From: Pseudomonadota bacterium
GTDB lineage: Bacteria; Bdellovibrionota_B; Oligoflexia; Oligoflexales; RGVZ01
DNA: 64,000 bases
Direction: 5' to 3'
Assembly (NCBI GenBank): GCA_041178085.1
Contig: JBEGVZ010000119.1
Location: 44,723-108,722 of the forward strand
In this document: piece after piece, positions 45,301 through 53,834 of the stretch
Position numbering within the stretch: the first letter of the stretch is position 1
How the letters are laid out: each line of letters starts with the position of its first letter
Translations under genes and position numbers: made by a program
Notes under the pieces: model-generated
The model's input: the letters and a program-made list of their open reading frames with translations, nothing else
Told to the model about the DNA's origin: nothing
Database searches by the model: none

Positions 45301-46108
45301 CCGCATTGCGCGATGGAATGGCACCTCCTGGAATCCGCTTGGAACGGGTGTAAGCGCTGGAGAAGTTTATGCCATCGCGATTTCGGGAAGCGATGTTTAT
45401 GTCGGAGGATCCTTCTCAAATGCTGGCGGAAATGCCGATGGTGACAATATCGCCCGATGGGACGGCACAAATTGGAATGCGCTCAGCAAGGGCATGATTT
45501 CAGGAGTAAGAGCTCTCGCTGTATTGACTGACGGTATCTACGCCGGCGGTAACTTCCTGGACATCAAAAGTTCTGTGGCACGCTGGGACGGAAGTGCCTG
45601 GCAAGCTATCGGCACTGGCATGAACAACGATGAAGTTTTTGCCATCGGGAATTCTGGTAGCAATATCTTCTTTGGAAGTAGCCGTGGCTTTGCGACCTTG
45701 AAACCGGGGGGTTCCACAGGAGCCCGCGCCTATTCGGCGGTCACCGACAACGCCGGTAACCTGCACCTTGGCTGGGCCACGGAAACAGGCGACATCGTGG
45801 GCCGGATCTTCGATGGCACTGGCAACACCTGGGGATCATCTACTTCGCTTTCTGGCATAAATGCACTTCGGGCGATCCTGTCGCACGACACGGCGTCAGA
45901 CGATGTCTTCGCAATATGGGGCCAGGATGGCGCAATCAAATACAAGCGCTACAACGGCTCCTGGGACACCTCTGCAAGCAACCTCACGTCATCGGGAGCG
46001 ATCTATCCCGTGTGCCATGCGGAAAGTGGTGGAAGCGCCATCGCCTGCTTATGGACGACCTACTCCAGCAGTATTTATGAAATCACGGGTGGGGTAGTCA
46101 CACCCTGA
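42380..46108 (+). CDS. very large exported protein with about 13 tandem 47-aa beta-propeller-type repeats (start uncertain: 42350, 42380 or 42401)
   Basis: The lipoprotein-like signal is MMVLGFFFHASGLVSC. The N-terminal modules look Ig/FN3-like. The repeat unit is ARWDG-x-x-W-x-x-LGTGLN-x-x-V-x-AIAVSGSDVYVGG-x-FTDAGG-x-x-x-AD-x-I. Confidence 0.7.
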   Translation: MDSLGRTMMVLGFFFHASGLVSCGRASIKPTVAFGPPMASLEDGGDVAKVNAMLPLEGAYVGATEAAALTISGVCITRSVAVTISITGSGIKQTVACDELSGGFSAKIDISSFPDGAVEITTSYLSNLVSTHPIFQFVRTVIKDATPPSNGTFTQSKPLASTGFLLDWSAGSDNISPPEMLQYYVCSGPSSTAIDTVAECESATQEMNWIANTRTLAVTGKSASTTLYFNVLVMDAAGNKAGYSGKSQKTKGDTSISALASRRGSQRYTFFDSVNQRHWAFYKDGAVIRSMYSTDNVDWTLSSTINVDTREFSLTYKSIGGVGYAFVVMEENSWDITIRRGTLGATSVTFAAPVTVYDGSGVSDRYHNPTIALDDSNVWVAASHFTGFNFTLKARESTNAASGDLSAWQAASSIGTPSTLGKDAALVPKGGGAMYLLSQQENLVEGFVFNGTTWSAANTGGDYDWFTIAGFGGAEGSEVTVMRVAADGLYVGGNFGNAGGNGKADAIARWDGTSWHALGNGLNGQVLAIAVSGSDVYVGGGFTDAGGDSKADYVARWDGANWHSLGTGLNNSVHAIAVSSEGIYAGGTFTDAGGNANADAIARWDGSNWNALGTGLNDTVETIALSGSDVYAGGDFSNAGGNADGDFIARWDGTGWHPLGTGLNARVEVIEILYGMIYVGGAFTDAGGLSNADYIARWAYTGWDALGNGLNDVVFDIKIVGGSLYAVGNFTDAGGVANADRVAMWNGAVWSAIGTGIPNPPVFAVAVIGTYVYVGGNFVYDSATAETMMRWNGSSWERIGTGMTDQINAVAVSGSNVYVGGAFTDAGNNPDADYIARWDGTAWQALNTGLNNPVYSISISGTDVYVGGEFTDAGGDNDADRIARWTGSAWVPLLTGLNSTVYAIAISGSDVYVGGDFTDAGGNSNADKISRWNGSAWSALASGVNASVRAIAVSGSNVYAGGSFTDAGGNSNADRIARWNGTSWNPLGTGVSAGEVYAIAISGSDVYVGGSFSNAGGNADGDNIARWDGTNWNALSKGMISGVRALAVLTDGIYAGGNFLDIKSSVARWDGSAWQAIGTGMNNDEVFAIGNSGSNIFFGSSRGFATLKPGGSTGARAYSAVTDNAGNLHLGWATETGDIVGRIFDGTGNTWGSSTSLSGINALRAILSHDTASDDVFAIWGQDGAIKYKRYNGSWDTSASNLTSSGAIYPVCHAESGGSAIACLWTTYSSSIYEITGGVVTP
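43822..45682 (+). repeat. tandem array of about 141-nt coding repeats (about 13 units) inside the large exported protein
   Basis: The W-DG-x-x-W...YVGG-F motif recurs with a regular 47-codon period in the translation. Confidence 0.85.
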
Positions 46109-46111
46109 TCT

Positions 46112-47509
46112 TCATTCAAAGATCTTGCCTGGGTTCATGATCCCGTCGGGATCAACCAGGTCACGAATCTTCTTCATCAGCGCGATCTCACCCGGTGAGC
46201 GCGAGAATTTCAGATCCTTCTTTTTCAGAAGGCCGATGCCGTGTTCGGCGCTGACGCTGCCACGGTATTTTGGCAGCAGCGCAAAAATCTTCTCCTCGAT
46301 TTTTCGGGCCTCTGCCTGAAATGTGTGTTTATCTGCCGACTTTGGACCAGCGTAGTTGATGTGCAGGTTACCGTCACCGATATGACCAAACAGGACCACC
46401 TGAATCTCTTTTGGTGCCTTGGCAACTTCCTCTTCAAGCTCCTTGATAAAGGCATCAAGCTTGTCGATCGGAAGGGAAATATCGTTCTTCCTGACCTGAC
46501 CGTAGCCTGCGAGGGATTCGGTGATGTTTTCACGCAGCCCCCAGAATTCACGGAACTGGGCAGAGTTCTGGGCGATCACTGCATCAACGCAAAGACCGTT
46601 CTCAAAGACTTTCTCAAGGAGGGGTTCCATCACGTTAGCCCCGGCGGCACCTTCCTCGACTTCAAGCAAAACATAGAAAGGTGTCCGTTCCTTGAAGGGA
46701 GTCCGTGCACCCGGCGACTGCTTCAAGACAATCCCGTGCGCCACATCGGTGAAAAATTCGAATGCAGTGATCGTAACCCCCTCGGCGTTACACAAGCCCA
46801 GGATTGCGGTGATGTCTGCGAACTTTCCGACACCAAGGCAGGCAAGCTGCATATTGCGTGGCTTCGCAACCAGTCGAAGGGTCATGCGGGTGACAATCCC
46901 AAGAGTTCCCTCGGCACCAATGAAAAGCTGCTTCAGGTCATAACCCGTGTTGTTCTTGCGCAAGCTAGAATCCATATCCAGGACAGTCCCGTCCGGCAAT
47001 ACGACCTCAAGTCCAAGGACCTGCTCCCGGGTTCCACCGAAACGGATGAGCTTCAAGCCTCCCGCATTGGTGCTGACGTTGCCACCCAACTGACAGCTGC
47101 CCTTGGATCCAAGGTCGAGCCCAAAGAAAAGTCCTGCAGCCGCTGCGGCCTCCTGAATTGCCTGGGTCGTCGCTCCGGCTTCGCACTGGATCGTCAGGCC
47201 AACGCGGTCCACAGGCTGGATTTTGTTCATCCTGGAAAGCGAGAGCACCACTTCTTTGTTTCCGGCGACCGCTCCACCAGCAAGGCCCGTGCGTCCACCG
47301 CTCGGCACAACAGGAATTTTGTTGCGGTGGCAGTAACGTATGATTTCGGAAACTTCGCGGGTTGAGCCGGGAAACACAGCTGCGAGTGGATCGACCGGAA
47401 AAATCTTTGTCCAGTCGCAGCCCCAAACTTGCAATTCCGCAGGATCGGTCACGACATGACGCTCACCAACGATCGCCCGCAAACCTGCAAGAACTTCGTC
47501 TGAAATCAT
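46112..47509 (-). CDS. FAD-linked oxidase (D-lactate / D-2-hydroxyacid dehydrogenase, GlcD-like)
   Basis: The N-terminal FAD-binding PCMH domain includes VVPSGGRTGLAGGAV. The C-terminal domain includes HIGDGNLH and SAEHGIG. Confidence 0.85.
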   Translation of the reverse strand: MISDEVLAGLRAIVGERHVVTDPAELQVWGCDWTKIFPVDPLAAVFPGSTREVSEIIRYCHRNKIPVVPSGGRTGLAGGAVAGNKEVVLSLSRMNKIQPVDRVGLTIQCEAGATTQAIQEAAAAAGLFFGLDLGSKGSCQLGGNVSTNAGGLKLIRFGGTREQVLGLEVVLPDGTVLDMDSSLRKNNTGYDLKQLFIGAEGTLGIVTRMTLRLVAKPRNMQLACLGVGKFADITAILGLCNAEGVTITAFEFFTDVAHGIVLKQSPGARTPFKERTPFYVLLEVEEGAAGANVMEPLLEKVFENGLCVDAVIAQNSAQFREFWGLRENITESLAGYGQVRKNDISLPIDKLDAFIKELEEEVAKAPKEIQVVLFGHIGDGNLHINYAGPKSADKHTFQAEARKIEEKIFALLPKYRGSVSAEHGIGLLKKKDLKFSRSPGEIALMKKIRDLVDPDGIMNPGKIFE

Positions 47510-47669
47510 CGCTGCTCCTGTCGTCCGTCATTTGGTCAATTGCGAATCGCAGCCGCAATCCCCAAACATTGCCGTAAGTTACGCAAAAAACCTCAATGAG
47601 TATGCACCGATTCCGAGGACTCTCGCAACCGGCTGAATGACTGGCTGGTTACTTAGAGGAGATTTCATC

Positions 47670-49139
47670 ATGAAAAGGTCTATTTTTGCAAAAGCCGGCG
47701 CGGCAGGGCTTGCCTTGCTCGCCGCAGGATGCGGCGTCGAACCACCGGGCAACTCCAACATCCAGGCCAAGGACGGATGCCACGAAAAGGTCGTTCCGCC
47801 CAAGGGCTACTACGACGCCCTTATGGAGCAGAAAACGACGAGCCTCGGCCTGGTGGACACCAAAGCACCGCACGTCCTTCACATCAACTTCGACGGGGCT
47901 CGGATTAAGAAAGGCTTCAAACGGGCAGAGAGTTTCATCCTTTGCGCTGCAGAAGCCACTATCCCGGCCTCGAATTTGTCCCTTGTCGACCGTGACGAGG
48001 TCATCCAGCGCGTGAGTGAGCACTTCAAGGCCGCCGGAGTTGCCCTGAACGTTGTGGCGAGTGCGCCGGCAAGCGGAGACTACACGACCATGCACGTCGG
48101 GGGCTCCTTCGGCGCGCTTGGCTGCACCGAAAGCAGATCTACCCTGGGCATTGCCCCGTTCGACGACCGGAATGCCAACCGCAACGACGTTGGCTTTGTC
48201 TTTGATGCTTTCGAGGTGGACGCCGGCGTGATTGCCGATACGATCGCCCACGAAGCGGGACATACTTTCGGACTCGATCACACGATCAACATCAAGGACT
48301 TGATGCACAGTACGGCAAGGGCAGACGACTTGGCCTTCGCCATCAGCCAGATCGTAAACAGCAGCGAAATCCAGGATGCTCCTGCTCTGCTGCGCGCCAA
48401 CATTGCCGCCTTGCCCGGCTTTGTTGACCCGTCGGCACCCGGCGACGCCACCAACGGTGGTTCGACTCCGAGCCCAACCCCGGCACCTGGTGGTGGCGGT
48501 GGTCTGTTCAGCGGTATCACTGTCCTTGGCAACCTGCTGGGGCAATTGCAACCAAGCCAGGTGATTGACGTGTCGCAGCTTTTACCAGGATTTGCTGCGT
48601 TGATCCCTGGTCTTGTCCCCGGCTACGTGCCTGGCAGCGGGACTAATCCGTTCAACGCAGGTAACTTCTCGAGTGTCATGACGGCGTTGCCCGGCCTGCC
48701 ACAGATCAACACCTTGATCGCGATGGCCGCCCCGGGATTTGCCGGTACGGTTCCCGGCGCTGTGGCTGGGCTTGATCCAGCGACGATCACGACGCTGGTG
48801 GCGCTAGCGGCTTTCGGTGGCTACGGCAGCGTTCCCGCTGCAATCATCGGCGGCCAGGCGGCACTCGGACCGATGCTGAACTTGCTGATGCAGATGCTCG
48901 GAATGAACCTTGCTGGTACGGGAGCACTTCCTGCACCCGCAACGGTGGCAACGCAACTGCCGTCGTACATGACCGCTTACAACCTGAATGGCATGACGTC
49001 AGCGCCGGACTTGATTGCCGCGATGATGATCCAGGCAGCCTTCATCAATGCCAACTATACGGGCAGCACCCAGCAGGCATTGATCTCCGGGCTCATGGTC
49101 GCAGCAAGCCAGGCATATACGCAGCTTCCGTCCTACTAG
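47670..49139 (+). CDS. metzincin-type zinc metalloprotease lipoprotein with an Ala/Gly/Pro-rich C-terminal half
   Basis: An AGAGGAG RBS is present. The signal/lipobox is GLALLAAGC. The zinc motif is HEAGHTFGLDH (HExxHxxGxxH), followed by a candidate Met-turn (DLMH). The last ~240 aa are low-complexity. Confidence 0.75.
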   Translation: MKRSIFAKAGAAGLALLAAGCGVEPPGNSNIQAKDGCHEKVVPPKGYYDALMEQKTTSLGLVDTKAPHVLHINFDGARIKKGFKRAESFILCAAEATIPASNLSLVDRDEVIQRVSEHFKAAGVALNVVASAPASGDYTTMHVGGSFGALGCTESRSTLGIAPFDDRNANRNDVGFVFDAFEVDAGVIADTIAHEAGHTFGLDHTINIKDLMHSTARADDLAFAISQIVNSSEIQDAPALLRANIAALPGFVDPSAPGDATNGGSTPSPTPAPGGGGGLFSGITVLGNLLGQLQPSQVIDVSQLLPGFAALIPGLVPGYVPGSGTNPFNAGNFSSVMTALPGLPQINTLIAMAAPGFAGTVPGAVAGLDPATITTLVALAAFGGYGSVPAAIIGGQAALGPMLNLLMQMLGMNLAGTGALPAPATVATQLPSYMTAYNLNGMTSAPDLIAAMMIQAAFINANYTGSTQQALISGLMVAASQAYTQLPSY

Positions 49140-49153
49140 AGGAAACAGGACGC

Positions 49154-49188
49154 GGGCGGATCAAGGGTTTACAGACCCTGATCCGCCC
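49154..49188. terminator. possible bidirectional terminator hairpin between convergent genes
   Basis: The hairpin is GGGCGGATCAAGGGT-TTACAG-ACCCTGATCCGCCC (14 bp with one bulge). It overlaps the last codons of the minus-strand gene. Confidence 0.45.
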
Positions 49189-50132
49189 AAACCCGCCAGG
49201 ATTCCAGCCAAAGAAGCCCCGTTGTCTTGCGAAAGGGCCTGCAACAAAATCGGTAACAGATCGTTCGTCTCAAGATTTGAAAACAATACTGCCAAGGCAG
49301 GTTTCAACGCAGCCAGTTCCGGAGCTTTGGCAGAGATTGGATCGACGATACTGCCAAGGAATTCCGGCGTCATGGAATCCTGACGCTGCGCAGCTTTTGC
49401 AATCCCCCGTAATGCCGACAAGGCAGTCTCTTGGATGTCCGCCTTTGCCTCATCCGAAAGCTGGGGCTTTGCCTGTTTCGCTCGGATATCTGCTGCGATC
49501 CCGGTAATGGTAGCGGCGGCTTCCGGGATGCGCTCGCCGTAAACGACGGGCGCAAGAAAATCCCTGGCAAAGATAATGGATTTTTCAGCAACCAGTCGTT
49601 CCACAGGCTTGGTTGCCTCGGGGAATTTCTCGACAATTGCAGGTCCGAAAAGGCTTGTCATCAACGGCAACAACTCCACCACCTTTTCGACCCTTGAAGG
49701 CGCCAAGTTGAACTTCGAGATTTTTTCGCCGGACTTGCACCCGATGACATTGGCGCCATTTTCCTGCTTGTGTCCGCAAACATCGGCAAGCTCGCCCTTG
49801 TCAATGTCCAGGCACTTGATGCGCACGAGCTTTGACGGCTGGCACTCGAAACATGCCTTTCTTGTCCTGGACGGGGATATCAGTTGCTGGAGCACGGAGA
49901 ACAGATCGTCACGCCCCATGTCTGGGTCAACGATTTCCTTGCATGAAGCCGGCAACCCAGGATTGCCCAAACTGATGGATCCTGTACCGGGCTTCTCGAA
50001 GTCCGTCACCACGGCGTCGGCCGACCGGTCGACGACACGATTGGTTTCGACGGCCGGTTTTTTTCCACAAGCGGTCGCACCAACAAAAATTGCGAGGATG
50101 GTGTGCAGATGATTTGAAGGCGCGCGTGCCAT
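49161..50132 (-). CDS. hypothetical lipoprotein (third gene of a three-lipoprotein operon)
   Basis: The signal/lipobox is ILAIFVGATAC. The C-terminal half looks helical and Ala-rich. I recognise no family motif. Confidence 0.5.
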   Translation of the reverse strand: MARAPSNHLHTILAIFVGATACGKKPAVETNRVVDRSADAVVTDFEKPGTGSISLGNPGLPASCKEIVDPDMGRDDLFSVLQQLISPSRTRKACFECQPSKLVRIKCLDIDKGELADVCGHKQENGANVIGCKSGEKISKFNLAPSRVEKVVELLPLMTSLFGPAIVEKFPEATKPVERLVAEKSIIFARDFLAPVVYGERIPEAAATITGIAADIRAKQAKPQLSDEAKADIQETALSALRGIAKAAQRQDSMTPEFLGSIVDPISAKAPELAALKPALAVLFSNLETNDLLPILLQALSQDNGASLAGILAGLGGSGSVNP

Positions 50133-50184
50133 GACGACTCCCGAAAATTTCCTCTCTTATCGGAAAAATCCGGGCAAAACCTGA

Positions 50185-51144
50185 TCACAGGGCTTCGAAG
50201 CGGGTTGCCTCGAGTTCGATGCGAACCTTGCCGACGAAGATATCGCCAATCCTTCCGAGTACTTGGCCATTACCGACACCGCCACCCTGGGCGTTTCGAA
50301 ATGGGCCGCCGGCACCGGGAAATAAAGCATTTTGATTCGCGGAAGAGGAGCCTGAGCTGCCGCCCACAAAGCTGCTGACATTACCCTCGATAACAATCTT
50401 CGGCACCACAAGGGGACGTGCGTTCCACAGCATTTCAATACGGTCAAAAATAAAAGCGTCGCTTTTCGGGATGCCATCGTACCCCGTTGATGTCATTTCC
50501 CAGTGGAGCACCTGATCAAGCTTTCGTCCGAGCAACTCGGAATTGTAGGTCTCCTTGACACCCAAAACTCGCACGCGGGTAGTGCCACTAGTTGAAACAA
50601 ATTTGCCTGAAACAGGGTCCGTCCATTTCGCCGTGTGATTGCTCGTCTGGTCCAGGCCTACGAACAATTGAGGGTTCTGGACAATTGGGCCAACGACCAG
50701 GGGACGCGCGGGTTCAAATGTGACGCCACCAATATTCTTGATCCGTAGCATCGTTCCATCTGCCTGGACCTCGTTTTTCACATCCAGTGATCCTGAAATC
50801 CCTTGCAGCAGCTTGCCCATGTCCACAGGACGATTCATGCAAATCATGGCGCCTGTTGAAGGGCCAAAGCTGAGGTCGCTCATCAACTGCAAATCAACTC
50901 CGCCGCTGCAGAATTCCATATTCGCCGGGCCAGTGCCATTGACCCTGACCCGATAGGAAGCCATGGCGATCGGCACTGCTTTGCGCGCGTTTTCCGGGTT
51001 TGCATTCGAATTTCCCATGCGCGCCTTACGCGCAGCAGGATCAAGGAAGACATCATCATCAGCGGCATTGCGACAGGCATTCAATGGCAATATTGCCATC
51101 AGGCCAAGGCCCAAAATTGCCAGTTTCAGAACACGCCGCATCAC
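50185..51144 (-). CDS. hypothetical lipoprotein (second gene of the operon)
   Basis: The signal/lipobox is GLMAILPLNAC. The gap to the upstream gene is 3 nt. I recognise no family motif. Confidence 0.5.
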   Translation of the reverse strand: MMRRVLKLAILGLGLMAILPLNACRNAADDDVFLDPAARKARMGNSNANPENARKAVPIAMASYRVRVNGTGPANMEFCSGGVDLQLMSDLSFGPSTGAMICMNRPVDMGKLLQGISGSLDVKNEVQADGTMLRIKNIGGVTFEPARPLVVGPIVQNPQLFVGLDQTSNHTAKWTDPVSGKFVSTSGTTRVRVLGVKETYNSELLGRKLDQVLHWEMTSTGYDGIPKSDAFIFDRIEMLWNARPLVVPKIVIEGNVSSFVGGSSGSSSANQNALFPGAGGPFRNAQGGGVGNGQVLGRIGDIFVGKVRIELEATRFEAL

Positions 51145-51147
51145 GGT

Positions 51148-52020
51148 TTACTCCAACTTGGTGAGCGCTTCGAGCGTTGCCTTGACACCTGTACTCAGGG
51201 TCTGGCTGATCTGCTCTGTGAGCAGACGGTCCACGCCGAGGGAATGGATGTAGAGGTCCAACACCATGTCTACATAGACATCGTTGCCGTAGGGAATCAC
51301 GAGTACGACGGCATTCATCCGCTGAAAGATAGACTTTTCGAAAGGGCGATCTTCGCGTGTGTTGATCTCGAAGGCCATAGACTCATCAAAAACCCTGCCT
51401 TCCGTGGTGATAACGTTGTTTATCGCGACAGCACCCTTGCCCGTCAATTCAATCACAGCGCTGATGTATTTTCCGGTCGGGTCAATTTCCGTCTTCTTGA
51501 TTTCCTTAAAGCTGAGATTCACCACCTGGCTTTGCGCGGCAGACGCATTCATGTTGGGCAGAAGGGCGCTGTCACCTGTCTCCTGAGCGCGACGGGCAGC
51601 AGAGACCAGCTTCTCGGCCAGCTGCAACATCGGCCGGTTCAACCAGACCTGACCACGGGTCTGAACGTACAGCACACCAGGGCCGCTTGCGGTATTGCCT
51701 CCGGAAGGGGAGCCAGGCTTGAACATCTTCTGGTCAACGTGAGTGAAATCGAGGGCAGACGAGCTGTTCAGCTCGCGGGAATTCGTGTCTACCTTGACGC
51801 AGTCGACCGGGTTGAGTTTTACCCGCTTCAGGGAGGGGCTTTCCTGGGATTCCGCCAGCAAGTCGCACAGACCACTGGCAATTTCACGCAACCTGTCTGG
51901 TTGCCGCTTGAACATCTGGACCACATCGCCAGCACGCTGTGAAGGAGCCCCGCAAGAAGTGAGGGCTGCGACCAGCAAAACGCTCGCTAGAGACACTCCG
52001 GCTTTTTTTCCACTCCGCAT
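51148..52020 (-). CDS. hypothetical lipoprotein (first gene of the operon)
   Basis: Starting at ATG 52020 gives the signal/lipobox SVLLVAALTSC. I recognise no family motif. Confidence 0.5.
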   Translation of the reverse strand: MRSGKKAGVSLASVLLVAALTSCGAPSQRAGDVVQMFKRQPDRLREIASGLCDLLAESQESPSLKRVKLNPVDCVKVDTNSRELNSSSALDFTHVDQKMFKPGSPSGGNTASGPGVLYVQTRGQVWLNRPMLQLAEKLVSAARRAQETGDSALLPNMNASAAQSQVVNLSFKEIKKTEIDPTGKYISAVIELTGKGAVAINNVITTEGRVFDESMAFEINTREDRPFEKSIFQRMNAVVLVIPYGNDVYVDMVLDLYIHSLGVDRLLTEQISQTLSTGVKATLEALTKLE

Positions 52021-52214
52021 TTCAGCACCCGCAGCCGCATCAACATTCAGCATCACGACAACATGCCGGGACCACAAACCCAGTGGGTTGGTGCAAGAAG
52101 CGGACTCACACACGCGGTGAAGAGATCAAAGAAAAATCATCTGTTTTCGGGGTTTTATCGCAAAACGGAACCCTTGCCGGCTGTTCGCACAACCGGCAGG
52201 TGTCCAGACAATTG

Positions 52215-53834
52215 TCAGTTCTGGGTGGCGTCCAGCCAGGCCGCGAGGGCTGTGTCCTGAATATTTCTCAACGAACCAACGCCAGGCTGGGGCTTTCCGG
52301 GCATCCCGTTCATCAGGATCGCAAAGGCCACCAGTCCCTCTTGCGGATGCCTGAGGTAACCCGCCAGACCAGACACCGAAACCGGTTCGCTTAAAGTGCC
52401 TGATTTGGCCCGTATGAGGCTGCCAATGCGCTCGCGCTGCGATTCCTTCATGCGCTTGTGGAGCGAACCATCCCAGCCATAAGAAGGCAAGCTGGCAAGA
52501 AAGTCAGGAAAAATCCTCATGTCATTTTCGACGTGAAGCAGAACCCGCACCACATCGGCTGCGCTCAGACGATTTTCGGATGCCAGGCCAGATCCATTTT
52601 CGATCACGAAGCCTTCTTTCAAGCCGACATCCTGGCGCAAGTAATCACGCAGCACACGGGCGCCGTTCTCCATGGTGCCTGCACGCGCACGTCCCGCAGA
52701 AAAGCGTTTCGTGAGCATGTCACCGATGAAATTGTTGGAGAATGTGTTCAGCCCCCCAACGATGCGCCGCATGTCATACGACGGAATCGTCAGCAAGGTT
52801 CTTGCTTCGCCTGAAACCTCACCCGACCGGACCTTGCCGGACACATCAATGCCGGCGTCTTTGAGGAAACCACGCAAGTATTCTCCCGCAAGGCGGGCGG
52901 GGTTAACCATGGAGCGGTAAATTTTCTGCGGTTCGCTGTCAGCAGCAATCTGGCCGGATACCTTGATCACAGGAAGCTCGCCATCAGCTCCAATGCGCAC
53001 AGCACTGATTTTCGCCTGCGCTCCTGCTGCTGCCGTCTTTACCGAACTGTCAACCTGAAGCCCCCCCAGCTGGACTGGATCCAGCGTGACAAGGGCCGGG
53101 CTGCCTGGTTTGTCCCCTGGACTTACCGAAACCGCCACGGTGTTGAAGTTGACGGCAAATGCAGATACGGGGGCATCATAAGCATTGCGCGAAGCAAGGG
53201 CCCCTTCCTCGCGACTCTCATCGCGCGACTCTGCATCGAACAGGGAATTATCGACGACGATATCCCCGCGAATTTCGCGGATGCCCATCGCACGCAAGTC
53301 AGCTGCTGCCTGCCAAAGCTTTTCAGAGGTAAGAAGCGGATCGCCGTCGCCGATGGCGTACAAGTTGCCTTCAATCGAGGCTCCCTTGCGCTGGCCAGAA
53401 TGGGCCAAACGGGTCGAAAACGTGTGTGCGGGGCCAAAACGGTCAAGTGCCACGGCCGCGGTAACCAGCTTGGTCACCGACGCAGGCGAAAGCCGCAGGT
53501 CCGGATTCTGCTCAAAAAGAATCCTGCCGTCCTCGATCCGGACAAATTTAATGCTTTGCAACGTGCTGCGTGCGGGTGTTCCGAAGTGCCGGGAAAGCAG
53601 CGGAGCGTTTCCGGCAACGGCCGCACGAGCCGACGGCTTCCTGACATCCTTGCCATTCTGCCGGGCACCAAAAAGAGACGCAGGACAGAGAATCAGTATC
53701 GCTGAAAGGAGTATCCCGGCCCTGCTTAGAGAGACGTATCCTTCACCGGGATATTTTCGTCCTGCCCTTCGCTCGATTGCTTTGCGCGTCCCGCCGGATT
53801 CAAGGCAGCTACGGTATTGCTTTTCTTTAGCCAT
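52215..53834 (-). CDS. dacB: D-alanyl-D-alanine carboxypeptidase/endopeptidase, PBP4 (S13) family
   Basis: The active-site motifs are SVTK (SxxK) in PASVTKLV, SNN in TFSNNFIGD and KSG in RAKSGTL. The only canonical in-frame start is ATG 53834. Confidence 0.8.
   Translation of the reverse strand: MAKEKQYRSCLESGGTRKAIERRAGRKYPGEGYVSLSRAGILLSAILILCPASLFGARQNGKDVRKPSARAAVAGNAPLLSRHFGTPARSTLQSIKFVRIEDGRILFEQNPDLRLSPASVTKLVTAAVALDRFGPAHTFSTRLAHSGQRKGASIEGNLYAIGDGDPLLTSEKLWQAAADLRAMGIREIRGDIVVDNSLFDAESRDESREEGALASRNAYDAPVSAFAVNFNTVAVSVSPGDKPGSPALVTLDPVQLGGLQVDSSVKTAAAGAQAKISAVRIGADGELPVIKVSGQIAADSEPQKIYRSMVNPARLAGEYLRGFLKDAGIDVSGKVRSGEVSGEARTLLTIPSYDMRRIVGGLNTFSNNFIGDMLTKRFSAGRARAGTMENGARVLRDYLRQDVGLKEGFVIENGSGLASENRLSAADVVRVLLHVENDMRIFPDFLASLPSYGWDGSLHKRMKESQRERIGSLIRAKSGTLSEPVSVSGLAGYLRHPQEGLVAFAILMNGMPGKPQPGVGSLRNIQDTALAAWLDATQN

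Noticed and set aside
46241-47365. A 374-aa plus-strand ORF inside the FAD-linked oxidase gene.
   Set aside because: The minus-strand frame carries the FAD-binding and HGIG motifs. The plus frame has none.
47649-48551. A 300-aa minus-strand ORF opposite the metzincin gene.
   Set aside because: The plus frame has the lipobox and HExxHxxGxxH. The minus frame is Arg/Gly-rich with no motif.
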